This document shows, one piece after another, positions 18,704-28,051 of a stretch of 54,466 nt of DNA (position 1 is its first letter; each line of letters starts with the position of its first letter). The position numbers were made by a program, and so were the translations under genes. Source of the DNA: an uncultured Desulfohalobiaceae bacterium (GTDB lineage: Bacteria; Desulfobacterota; Desulfovibrionia; Desulfovibrionales; Desulfothermaceae); the NCBI GenBank assembly GCA_964621385.1, contig CAZUMF010000001.1, positions 1-54,466 of the forward strand. Direction: 5' to 3'. Below the pieces are notes generated by a model. The model had not been told where the DNA came from. It saw only the letters and a program-made list of their open reading frames with translations, and did not search any database.

Positions 18704-19771
18704 ATGAACACCGCTGTCAGTCTTCAGAACCTCACGAAAAAATTCAACGAAGTCACGGCCCTACACGACATCTCCCTGGACATTTACGCCCGGGACTTCT
18801 TTTTCCTGCTCGGCCCCAGCGGCTGCGGCAAAACCACCTTGTTGAAAATTATCGGCGGCCTGGAATTTCCCACCACGGGCACCATTAAGATCCTGGATAA
18901 AGATGTGACCCGGGTCCGGGCCAACAAGCGGAACACCTCCATGGTCTTTCAGGAATGGGCCCTGTTTCCGCACATGAGTGTCTACGAGAACATCGCCTTC
19001 GGCCTGAAGAAACGGAAAATCGACAAAAAGACCATCACCCGCAAGGTGGACGAACTCCTGGAGCTTTTGCATATGTCCGGGTACCAGAACCGGATGCCGT
19101 TCGAACTCAGCGGCGGCCAGCAGCAACGGGTGGCCATCGCCCGCTCCCTGGCCATCGAACCGGACGTCCTCCTCCTGGACGAGCCCCTGTCCAACCTGGA
19201 CCTGGCCCTGCGCCAGCAGATGCGGGTGGAACTGGTCAGACTGCACAAGGAGATCGACAAGACCTTTGTCTACGTCACCCACGACCAGACCGAAGCCCTG
19301 AGCATGGCCAACAGGATCGCGGTGATGAACATGGGGGTCGTGGTCCAACTGGATTCCCCGGAGACCATCTACAAGCGACCCAAGAACGAGTACGTCGCCA
19401 AATTTATCGGGGAAGCCAACGAGGTCAAAGGGACCATCGTCTCACCGACGATGTTTGTCTCCGATTCCGGACTCCAGGTCAAAATCCCCCAGCAGGACCT
19501 CCCCACGGACAGCCGGGTGCTTTTCGTGGTCCGGCCCGAGGAGATCCACCTTTTGGACCCGGAGGCCGAGCTCCCGGAGAATCATTTCCGGGCCCGGGTG
19601 GACACGGTGAGTTATTTCGGCCGGCAGCTGCGTTTTTATGTCAAACTCATCGAGAGCGGGGAGATCTTTTTCATCGATATCTTCTCGACCCAGCTGAATG
19701 CCGATTTCTACCCGAACCAGGAGATCCTGATCGGCTGGGAACGGAGCCAAACCTTTTGCTTTCAAGGCTAA
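18704..19771 (+). CDS. ABC transporter ATP-binding protein (PotA-like)
   Basis: 355-aa ORF with Walker A GPSGCGKTT, signature LSGGQQQRVAIAR, Walker B LLLDEP and a C-terminal TOBE-like region. Confidence 0.9.
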   Translation: MNTAVSLQNLTKKFNEVTALHDISLDIYARDFFFLLGPSGCGKTTLLKIIGGLEFPTTGTIKILDKDVTRVRANKRNTSMVFQEWALFPHMSVYENIAFGLKKRKIDKKTITRKVDELLELLHMSGYQNRMPFELSGGQQQRVAIARSLAIEPDVLLLDEPLSNLDLALRQQMRVELVRLHKEIDKTFVYVTHDQTEALSMANRIAVMNMGVVVQLDSPETIYKRPKNEYVAKFIGEANEVKGTIVSPTMFVSDSGLQVKIPQQDLPTDSRVLFVVRPEEIHLLDPEAELPENHFRARVDTVSYFGRQLRFYVKLIESGEIFFIDIFSTQLNADFYPNQEILIGWERSQTFCFQG

Positions 19772-19789
19772 GCCCGGAGGTATGCCCCG

Positions 19790-20662
19790 ATGAGTACCCT
19801 GACCACCTATAAACCGTCCCTGAAGTACCTCATACCGGCCATCCCCTTATTACTGTTCACGCTCTGCTTCTTTCTGTTTCCCATCCTGCTGATGGTCAAA
19901 TACAGCCTGCACCATTCCCTTCCCTATGGTGAAATTGAACCGATCTTCACCCTTGAGAATTACATCAAATTCTTCACGGACATCTTCTATGTCAAGGTTC
20001 TGATCAAAAGTTTCCTCCTGGGTCTGGCCGTCAGTGTGGTGACCATTCCCCTGGGCTATGTGGTGGCCTACGCCCTCTGGCAGTCCACCGGCCTGAAGCG
20101 CAAGATCCTCTACATCTGCATTCTGTTCCCGCTGTTCACCAACCTGGTGGTCCGGCTCTACGGCTGGCGGATCATTCTCTCCCCGGCCGGCCCCATCAGC
20201 AATTTCCTGCAACGGATCGGGCTGGTCGAGGAAAGCGTGAACATGCTCTTCACCTGGCCGACCATCGTCCTCGGCCTGTTTTCGGAATGCGCCCCCTATT
20301 ATATCCTGATCCTCTTCAGCGTGCTGACCCTCATCAACCCGCGGTACATCGACGCGGCCTTCGATCTCGGGGCCACCCGCATCGAGACCTTTTTTAAGGT
20401 CATCTGGCCCTTGAGCCTTTCCGGGGTCATCTCCGGAGGCCTCATCGTCTACATCTGGGCTTTCGGGGCCTTCGCCACCCCGACCATCCTGGGCAACGCC
20501 AAGCACTGGACCCTGGCGGTCCATGCGGAACGGCAGATCCTCAGCCTTCGGGACTGGCCTTACGGGTCCGCATTCGGGATCATCATCCTCTTTTTCACCT
20601 TGCTCATCGTCTATCTGCAGACCAAGATCCTCAAACGGAAACAGATGTACAGGGAACTCTGA
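19790..20662 (+). CDS. ABC transporter permease (PotB-like)
   Basis: 290-aa hydrophobic ORF with multiple TM segments and a binding-protein-dependent transport permease pattern. Confidence 0.85.
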   Translation: MSTLTTYKPSLKYLIPAIPLLLFTLCFFLFPILLMVKYSLHHSLPYGEIEPIFTLENYIKFFTDIFYVKVLIKSFLLGLAVSVVTIPLGYVVAYALWQSTGLKRKILYICILFPLFTNLVVRLYGWRIILSPAGPISNFLQRIGLVEESVNMLFTWPTIVLGLFSECAPYYILILFSVLTLINPRYIDAAFDLGATRIETFFKVIWPLSLSGVISGGLIVYIWAFGAFATPTILGNAKHWTLAVHAERQILSLRDWPYGSAFGIIILFFTLLIVYLQTKILKRKQMYREL

Positions 20663-20747
20663 CCAGGCGGACTTCATTCGGCCGGGGGACATAGACCCCT
20701 ATCGACATCGCCGCATGTCTGAACCTTATCGAACTTGGGGAGAAACC

Positions 20748-21557
20748 ATGAAACAGGACTGGGATTTCAAAAGCATCGCCTTCAACTGTCTGTTGGCCGT
20801 GGTCCTGATCATCCTGCTGGCGCCGCTGCTCATCGTCTTCATCAGTTCGTTCCTGGACAAGGCCCACTTGAGCTGGCCCTTCAATGACTTCACCTTCAGG
20901 TGGTACCTGGAGGTCTTCAAACGGGATATCTGGGTCAAGGCCCTGATGAACAGCCTGATCGTCGCCGGATTGACCACCCTGTTCACCCTGCTCCTCTGCA
21001 CCCCGGCCGCCTACGCCATCACCCGCAGGACCAACCGCTTCACCGAGTTCCTGCGGACCTTTTTCATGAGCCCCATCATGATTCCCCCGGTGATGATCGG
21101 GATCTCCCTGCTCATCTTTCTCAGCAACTTCGGGATTCGCGGCTCCTATCTCGATCTCGCCCTGGGGCACACCCTCTGGGCCGGTCCCATCGTGTTCATC
21201 ACCATGATCGCGGTCTTTGAACGCTTCAATCCGATTTACGCTTACGCCGCCCAGGATCTCGGGGCCAACTCCCTGGAGATCTTCTGGCAGATCACCCTGC
21301 CCATGGTCAAACCCGGACTCATCGCCTCCATTTTCCTCTCCTTTGTGCTCTCCACCCAGGAGTTCATCATCGGGCTCTTTCTCTACACCCCGAAAACCAT
21401 CATTCTCCCGGTGGAGATCTATACCGCGATCCGCTATGAGCTCAGTCCCGCGATTTCCGCCATCTCGGTCTATCTGGTGGGTATCGTGATCATCGGCCTG
21501 TTTGTCATCGACCGAATGATCGGCATTGAAAACGTTTCCTTTTCCGGCAAGGGATGA
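20748..21557 (+). CDS. ABC transporter permease (PotC-like)
   Basis: Hydrophobic ORF. The ATG at 20748 is preceded by ggggaga. The track ORF start at 20523 overlaps the previous gene and reads as low-complexity sequence. Confidence 0.85.
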   Translation: MKQDWDFKSIAFNCLLAVVLIILLAPLLIVFISSFLDKAHLSWPFNDFTFRWYLEVFKRDIWVKALMNSLIVAGLTTLFTLLLCTPAAYAITRRTNRFTEFLRTFFMSPIMIPPVMIGISLLIFLSNFGIRGSYLDLALGHTLWAGPIVFITMIAVFERFNPIYAYAAQDLGANSLEIFWQITLPMVKPGLIASIFLSFVLSTQEFIIGLFLYTPKTIILPVEIYTAIRYELSPAISAISVYLVGIVIIGLFVIDRMIGIENVSFSGKG

Positions 21558-21603
21558 ACCCGCCCTGGCCGAACCCAGCAACAGGGGCTGAACGAGGCAG
21601 ACC

Positions 21604-23049
21604 ATGATGAACATCGAAAACCTGGCAGACAGCCTGTCCTGGCAAGAAACCGTGGACGTCGTTGTCGTGGGCAGCGGTTTCGCCGGGCTGGCCGCGGCCA
21701 TCGAGGCCAGGACCGCCGGCTGTTCCGTGCTCATCCTGGAAAAAATGAAAGGATACGGGGGCAACTCGGTCATCAGCGACGGCGCGGTGGCCGCGGCGGG
21801 AACGGCTATGCAGCAGCGCCAGGGCATTACCGATTCGAAAGAACAGATGCTCCGGGACATGCTCCGGGCCGGGCTGTCTCTGAATCATCCCGAACTGGCC
21901 CGGACCGTGGCCGAACACTCCAAGGACGCCCTGGAATGGAGCATCGCCTTAGGGGCCAGATACCAGGGCCGCGTCCAGGCCTTCGGGGGACACAGCCAGC
22001 CCAGGAGCCATCTCGCCCACCGCACCAGCGGATTTTCCATCATCAAGCCCATGCTCTCCACCTGCCGGGATCTCGGCCTGGACATCGCCACCCAGCATAA
22101 ACTTCAGCGCCTGATCCGCAATGAACAGGGGCGCGTCTGCGGGGTCCGGATTCGGGAGGGCTACACCTATCCGGACCGCAACAGCGGGGTCCCCAAAAAC
22201 ATCAAGGCCAGGCTGGGCGTGATGCTGGCCGCCGGCGGCTTTGGCAACGACCTCCCTCTCCGCCGGACCCAGGTTCCGGATCTGAACGAAGCCGTGGACA
22301 GCACCAACAAGCCCTCCACCACCGGCGAGGTCCTGCGTCAGGCCATGGCCGTCGGGGCCATGCCGGTCCATCTTTCCTGGATCCAGCTCGGCCCCTGGGG
22401 CTGCCCTGATGAAAAAGGTTACGGGCTAGGTCCGGGCTTCGCCTCCTACATTGCCATGCTCTATGGAATCACCGTGAACCCGGCCACTGGCCGGCGTTTC
22501 ATGAGCGAAACAGCGGATCGCAAGACTCGAACAGAGGCCCTTTTCCAGATCGGCCGGCCCTGTGTCTGCATCGCGGACAGCATGGGAGTCAGACAATCCG
22601 GCTTCAGCCTCGACAAATGCCTGGACAAAGGGGTGGTCCGGGAGTTTACAGACCTGCCCGCACTGGCGGCGGCCTTTGATATCCCGGAATCCCAGCTGAA
22701 GGAAAGCATCCAGGCCTACAACAGCGCAGTCTCCCAGGGGACGCCAGACCCCCTGGGCAAGACCATTCACCCCAGGAGTGCTCCCCTGGAGCACCCGCCA
22801 TATTTTGCCATGCGGATCTGGCCCAAGGTGCACCACACCATGGGTGGGGTGCAGATCGACACCCTGGCCCAGGTCCTGGACACCAAGCAACGGGTCATCC
22901 CAGGACTGTTCGCCGCCGGGGAAATCACCGGGGGGATCCACGGGGCCTGCCGCCTGGGCAGCTGCGCCATCACCGACTGCCTGGTGTTCGGGCGAATCGC
23001 CGGAAAAACCGCAGCCCGGACTAAACAAGACACCCTCCGGACAGCCTGA
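21604..23049 (+). CDS. FAD-dependent oxidoreductase, soluble fumarate reductase / flavocytochrome c flavoprotein family
   Basis: 481-aa ORF with an N-terminal dinucleotide fold (VDVVVVGSGFAGLAAAIEA), the HHTMGG motif and C-terminal GLFAAGEITGGIHGACRLG. Confidence 0.8.
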   Translation: MMNIENLADSLSWQETVDVVVVGSGFAGLAAAIEARTAGCSVLILEKMKGYGGNSVISDGAVAAAGTAMQQRQGITDSKEQMLRDMLRAGLSLNHPELARTVAEHSKDALEWSIALGARYQGRVQAFGGHSQPRSHLAHRTSGFSIIKPMLSTCRDLGLDIATQHKLQRLIRNEQGRVCGVRIREGYTYPDRNSGVPKNIKARLGVMLAAGGFGNDLPLRRTQVPDLNEAVDSTNKPSTTGEVLRQAMAVGAMPVHLSWIQLGPWGCPDEKGYGLGPGFASYIAMLYGITVNPATGRRFMSETADRKTRTEALFQIGRPCVCIADSMGVRQSGFSLDKCLDKGVVREFTDLPALAAAFDIPESQLKESIQAYNSAVSQGTPDPLGKTIHPRSAPLEHPPYFAMRIWPKVHHTMGGVQIDTLAQVLDTKQRVIPGLFAAGEITGGIHGACRLGSCAITDCLVFGRIAGKTAARTKQDTLRTA

Positions 23050-23109
23050 AACGATTTTTTCACTGTATCCAAAACATAGCTCATCTTTCAATTGTACAAG
23101 GAGGCTCAG

Positions 23110-23383
23110 ATGACTGCCTACACCGCTTTGCTGGAACGACGGGCCAGAAGCATTCCCCAGGGGCCTATTGTGTGACTCCCGGCTACATCAAGAAAGCCGA
23201 AGGCGCGGTGATGACCGATGTCGACGGTTGGGAACTCATTGTTCTTGCCGGGGGCATCGGGGTGAACAATGTCAGACACTGACCTGGCCCGCCCCGGCTG
23301 ATGCCCAGGCGGCCGCTGAAAACCCGACCCCCATGGCCGAGGTGGGCAGCCGACTGAAGCCCTTTCTGCCATGGCCAAATTAA
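23110..23383 (+). pseudogene. remnant of a class-III (GABA-type) aminotransferase N-terminus
   Basis: An SD (aaggagg) precedes ATG 23110, which reads MTAYTALLERRARSIPQGPIV and then TGA. Two nt later, a second frame continues VTPGYIKKAEGAVMTDVDGWELIVLAGGIGVNNVRH and then TGA (23280..23282). The rest of the gene is absent. Confidence 0.5.
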
Positions 23384-23444
23384 GGGGGGACTGTTGAGTT
23401 CAACGCCATGTTTGACAACTGTAAATGAAAACAGGAGGAAGTGT

Positions 23445-24917
23445 ATGCGACGCAATCTGCACGCCGGGAAACGACCCAACAGGGGGCTGCGCTTTGAGGT
23501 TTTCAGTGCTGACGACCTTGAAGACATCCACTTCGCCACCCTGGAAATCCTTGAAAAGACAGGGTTGTATTTTGCGGATGACCAAGCTCTGGAGATCCTG
23601 CATGGAGCCGGGGCTGTGATCGACAAAACCAGGAAGGTGGCCAAAATTCCCCCTTACGTGGTGGAAGAGGCCATCAGGTCGGCCCCTTCAAAGCTGGTTC
23701 TGGCCGGGCGCAATCCTGAAAACGACTTTGTCATGGAGGGCGGCCGGGTCGGTTTCACCAATTTCGGGGAAGGGGTCTTCATCAATGATCCCTATAGCGG
23801 CGAACACCGCAAAACCACCAAGGCAGACGTGGCTTCTTCCGCCCTGCTGGCGGATTACCTGTCTGAAATCGATGTCTATGAACGGGCCGTGGGCGCTGAA
23901 GACACCCCGGCTGCATCCGTTCAGTTGCACAATGCCGAAGCCTGGATGCCCAATACCTCCAAACACGGGTTTATGGGGCCTGGCAACGGCTACCTGCTGC
24001 ACAAGATCGTGGACATGGCCGCGGCAGCTGCTGGGGGGAAGGACAAACTGCAAGAGCGGCCCCTGGTCAGCTTTATCACCTGCCCGGTCAGCCCCCTGAA
24101 ACTGGAAAAGGACACCTGCGAGATCATCATGGAGGCGGCCCGTTCCGGGATGGCGGTCAACATCCTGTCCATGGCCATGGCCGGTGGTTCCTCACCCGTG
24201 ACCCTGGCCGGGACCCTGGTGGACCACAACGCCGAAATCCTGGGCGGCATCGTCCTCAGCCAAGCCACCCGCAAAGGGGCCAAAGTCGTTTACGGCAGTT
24301 CGACCACAGCCATGGATCTGCGTTTTGCCGCGGCCATGGTCGGCTGCCCGGAATGCGGGGTCATCAACGCCGGCGTGGCCCAGCTGGCCCGCTACTATCT
24401 TTTGCCCAGCTGGGTCGCGGGCGGGTAGGGCGACAGCAAGGTTTGCGATGCCCAGTCCGGTCATGAAAAAACCATCACTGGCCTGTTACCGGCGTTGGCA
24501 GGTGCCAACCTGATTTACGGCCTGGGAATGATCGAAATGGGCATGACCATCGATTACGGCCAACTGGTCATGGACAATGAATTCGCCAGAATGATCAAAC
24601 ATGCGGTCCAGGGGGTCCCGGTGAGTGACGAGACCCTGGCCGTAGAGGTCATGCGGGAGATCGGCATTGGCAAGGACTACCTCAGCCATGAACACACGTA
24701 CCGCCACATGAGGTCCCAGTCCCAGTCCCAGTTGATCGATCGCAGAACCCGGGAATACTGGGAAACCAATGGGGGCATGGATATTTTCCAGCGCTCCATG
24801 GAGCAGGCCAGATACATCCTGGAACATCACCGACCCGAGCCCATTGCAGACAGCGCTTTGGCTGAAATACGCCTGATTGTCGAGGAGGCTGAAAAAGAAC
24901 TGGGGGTTGGGCAGTGA
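23445..24917 (+). CDS. mttB: trimethylamine:corrinoid methyltransferase MttB with an in-frame UAG (pyrrolysine) at 24426..24428
   Basis: Track ORFs 23394..24428 and 24495..24917 share a frame and are separated only by TAG. The joined product is 490 aa, MttB-like throughout. SD aggagga lies before ATG 23445. Terminates in TGA. Confidence 0.9.
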
Positions 24918-25042
24918 TCGTTGATCTGATTGAGATCAAGCCCTATCTTGTAGACTCTAAGTGCTCTGATTCGTAAGTTCGGTGGCGTATTCTCTATCAG
25001 TCCAATCGAACGAAGGAGGTGGGTTCTGACTTTGTAAATCCG

Positions 25043-25063
25043 AAATCCGAATATCGGATTTTT
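25043..25063 (+). terminator. weak AT-rich hairpin with T-run downstream of mttB
   Basis: AAATCCGA / TCGGATTT stem with a 3-nt loop, followed by extra T residues. The stem is short and AT-rich. Confidence 0.3.
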
Positions 25064-25194
25064 CAGCGTCGCTTCCGATTCCAATAGCGAACATGCTCTT
25101 GGCATTGCAATGTCATAGTATTTACGACTGCGTGTACTAAGTTTCAGCACAAAACAGCATTCAGGTATCAAAATCCAGGTCTTAGGAGGATAGC

Positions 25195-26589
25195 ATGGGA
25201 AAGATCCGAACCCGTTTTGGTGACGGTTTTCCGCTTGAGCTCAGCTCAAAGGAACTCCGTCAGGATTTGGAGGAAGGCACTGCCGAGGCTGCGGACAGGG
25301 GGTCCATCGCCACGCTGGCAGAAGATGAGCTGCGCCATCTCGAGGATATTTTCACCTCAGCCCACCGTTTTATCGGCGTCGAGCCTGGAAAGGAAATCAT
25401 CCTGAGCTATGACGGGGCCCCTTTGAAGATGAAACGGGCCCAGGTCAATGTGGACCGGGTTCAGGCCCTGCAGATCTATGAAAAACTTCTGGGGGCGGAC
25501 ACTCTGGAATTGGCGCATGTCGATTACAGCTATAAGCCGGTCAAGCCGATTGTCACCTTTGAACAGCCACTGCTGGAACAGGTCTTTTCCGTGACCACGG
25601 CCCCGGTTTTTTACGGAGCCATGCCCAACTTAGGCCTTTACAGCCAACCGGACGGACCCTTCCCCAATCCGGCTGAACTCCTGCCTCTGGGCAAAATCAA
25701 GGAAGCCCGGGAAGCATCCGAGGCTGCGGTGGAGAATGCGGTCAAGGATATCGTCTATATTGGCAGACGCATGATTGAATCCGGGGCTGACGGGATCAAT
25801 CTCGACACGACCGGTGCTGCTGGTGACGCGGATTTTCAGGCCGCTCTTCTGGCCACTGAACAACTCAGGGCCAAATATCCCACGGTCTGCATTGAACTGG
25901 GCATGTCCGGGGAGTTTGTCCTTGGCATGCACGGTGGGTTGACCTATAAAGGGGAGCGTCTGGCCCTGATGTATCCCCACCAGCAGGTTAAAATGGCCGA
26001 AGCGGCCGGGGCGACCATCTTCGGCCCGGTCGCCAACACTAAGCCCAGCCGGTCGGTTCCCTGGAATCTGGCCAGGACAACGACCTACATGAAGGCCTGC
26101 TGCGAAGTGGCCACGATCCCTGTTCATCCGAATATGGGCATGGGGGTCGGCGGCATGCCCCTCACCGATCATCCGCCGCTTGATGTGGCCTCCAGAGCTT
26201 CCAAGGCGATGGTGGAGATCTGCCGGCTGGATGGGTTGTAGGTAGGGGTCGGCGATCCCATGGGTATGGCCATCACACATGCCGTTGCTTCGGGAATGGG
26301 CGGAATGAGGACAGCCGGAGATCTGGTTGCCCGCATGCAGATGACCCGGGGCATGAAAATCAAGGAAGCCAAAGCGCATGTGGCCGGAAAACTGAAGTGC
26401 TCGGTCTCTGATCTGACCGACCCGATCCTCATGCAAGAGGCCAGGGACGAACTCAAACTCGGGGTTCTCCATCCCTACGCCGGTTCTCCCAAGTGCATGG
26501 AGGCCAAGTTCAACATCGCAGCCCTTTTAGATATCGACATCAATTGCGTGAACCGTTTCCGCAACAATCTCAACCCAGGCTCGCTGTAA
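25195..26589 (+). CDS. mtbB: dimethylamine:corrinoid methyltransferase MtbB with an in-frame UAG (pyrrolysine) at 26239..26241
   Basis: Track ORFs 25195..26241 and 26260..26589 share a frame and are separated only by TAG. The joined product is 464 aa. The context [20 protein letters not shown] is as in MtbB. Terminates in TAA. Confidence 0.9.
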
Positions 26590-26614
26590 CCCGCGTTATT
26601 TCAAAGGAAGAATC

Positions 26615-28051
26615 ATGCAGCCGAATCATTACGACATGCTCTCCCTTGAGGATGTGCAGCAAATCCATGATGCGTCCCTTCAGGTCCTGCAACAAACTGG
26701 ACTGGCAGTGGACCATACGGGCGCCAGACAGATTCTGGCTGATGCGGGCGCTGCGATCGAAGCCAGGGGCAATCGGGTCTTCATTCCTGCGGATCTGGTC
26801 GAATCAGCCCTAGCCAAGGCCCCGAAAAATTTCATTTGCGCCGGGCGAAGTGCGGAATACGACATGTTGGTCAGCAGCGACCAGTCCCATGCGCCTGTTG
26901 CCCGGAGCGTGGGAGGGCCTTTGAATTGTTTCGATTTTTCAAGTCATCAATCCCGCCAACTCACGATCCATGACTGTGCTGATCTGGCCCGCATGGTCGA
27001 TGCCCTGCCCAATCTGAATATCTGCGGCGGGCTATCTCCTCAGGATATTCCACAACAAACCTATGACATTGAGACCTTAAAGGTTTTATTGGAATATGGA
27101 AGAAAACACATCTGGGCCTTGACCACAGGATCCGCGAATCTCAAATATCAGCTGGAAATGATGGAAGTGGTCAGCGGCGGCAAGTTCGAACTGCAGCAAA
27201 GGCCTATCTGCAGCGGCATCGTCTGTCTCATCGAGCCCCTCCGCTTTCCCAGAGACGAAATCGAGAGGCTCCTGCTCTATGGTCGCTACAACCTCCCGGT
27301 GCGCGTTCCGCTCGTACCCATGGTCGGGGCCAATTCGCCCTACACCCTGGCTGGGACCATGGTCCAGACCAATGCCGAAGCCTTGGGAAGTCTGACTATC
27401 CTGCAAACCCTCTGTCCCGGCATTCCAACCTGGTACTACGTGATTATGGAGACCATGGAGATGCGCAAAGGATCCATGCAGTTGTTCAACCCTGAAGTCC
27501 TGCTGATTCTCAATGGCTTGTACCAGATGGCCCGCTATTATCAGCTTCCTGCGGTTGCTTCAGCCTTGATCGGCTCCAACTGCCAACCCCAGCAGATCAT
27601 GTTCGAACGCGGCACGAGCCTGTTCTTAACCGCATTGGCAGGGGTGAGCGAGATAGGCGGCGTGGGTGGTGTGGGCAATGGCATGATGATCAGTCCCCAG
27701 CTCCTGGCCATAGATAATGAAATGATCGCCTTTGTGAAACGTTTTCTCGAAGGATTTGAAATCAGTACTGACACCTTGGCTGTAGATGTCATCAATCGAG
27801 TTGGACACAGCGGGAAGTTTCTGGAAGACATACATACCCTGACCCATTTACGCAAAGAGATTCGTTTCAGGCCGAATCTGTTTGACTGGCGACCCTTTGT
27901 GGAACAGGGGACAGATGAAAAAACCATCTATCAACGCGCCCAGGAAACAATCGAGGCCATCCGTAAGGACCATGAGGTGGAGCCTCTGGAAGCGGAACAG
28001 CAAAGAGAACTCCACACCATCCTCTCAGCAGCTCAGCGAGATCTATTGTGA
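26615..28051 (+). CDS. MttB-superfamily methyltransferase without pyrrolysine (quaternary-amine-type paralogue)
   Basis: Uninterrupted 478-aa ORF that is MttB-like from the N-terminus (LSLEDVQQIHDASLQVLQQTGL) to the C-terminus, with no in-frame TAG. Confidence 0.85.
   Translation: MQPNHYDMLSLEDVQQIHDASLQVLQQTGLAVDHTGARQILADAGAAIEARGNRVFIPADLVESALAKAPKNFICAGRSAEYDMLVSSDQSHAPVARSVGGPLNCFDFSSHQSRQLTIHDCADLARMVDALPNLNICGGLSPQDIPQQTYDIETLKVLLEYGRKHIWALTTGSANLKYQLEMMEVVSGGKFELQQRPICSGIVCLIEPLRFPRDEIERLLLYGRYNLPVRVPLVPMVGANSPYTLAGTMVQTNAEALGSLTILQTLCPGIPTWYYVIMETMEMRKGSMQLFNPEVLLILNGLYQMARYYQLPAVASALIGSNCQPQQIMFERGTSLFLTALAGVSEIGGVGGVGNGMMISPQLLAIDNEMIAFVKRFLEGFEISTDTLAVDVINRVGHSGKFLEDIHTLTHLRKEIRFRPNLFDWRPFVEQGTDEKTIYQRAQETIEAIRKDHEVEPLEAEQQRELHTILSAAQRDLL

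Noticed and set aside
17570-21860. Long ORFs antisense to or overlapping the Pot-type transporter genes: 17570..18565 (-), 18761..19348 (-), 18955..19812 (+), 19850..20692 (-) and 20631..21860 (-).
   Set aside because: Their translations are low-complexity and rich in G, R, P, D and H. They mirror real genes that have clear ABC-transporter motifs. They are the expected artefact of stop-poor GC-rich DNA.
24940-24975. A CTCTAAG motif (24955..24961) that could be a CUA anticodon loop of tRNA-Pyl. A similar TCTAAAG lies at about 14940, and CTTTAGAG lies at about 53360.
   Set aside because: The flanks do not form an anticodon stem, acceptor stem or T-arm in either orientation. I therefore report no pylT in this window.
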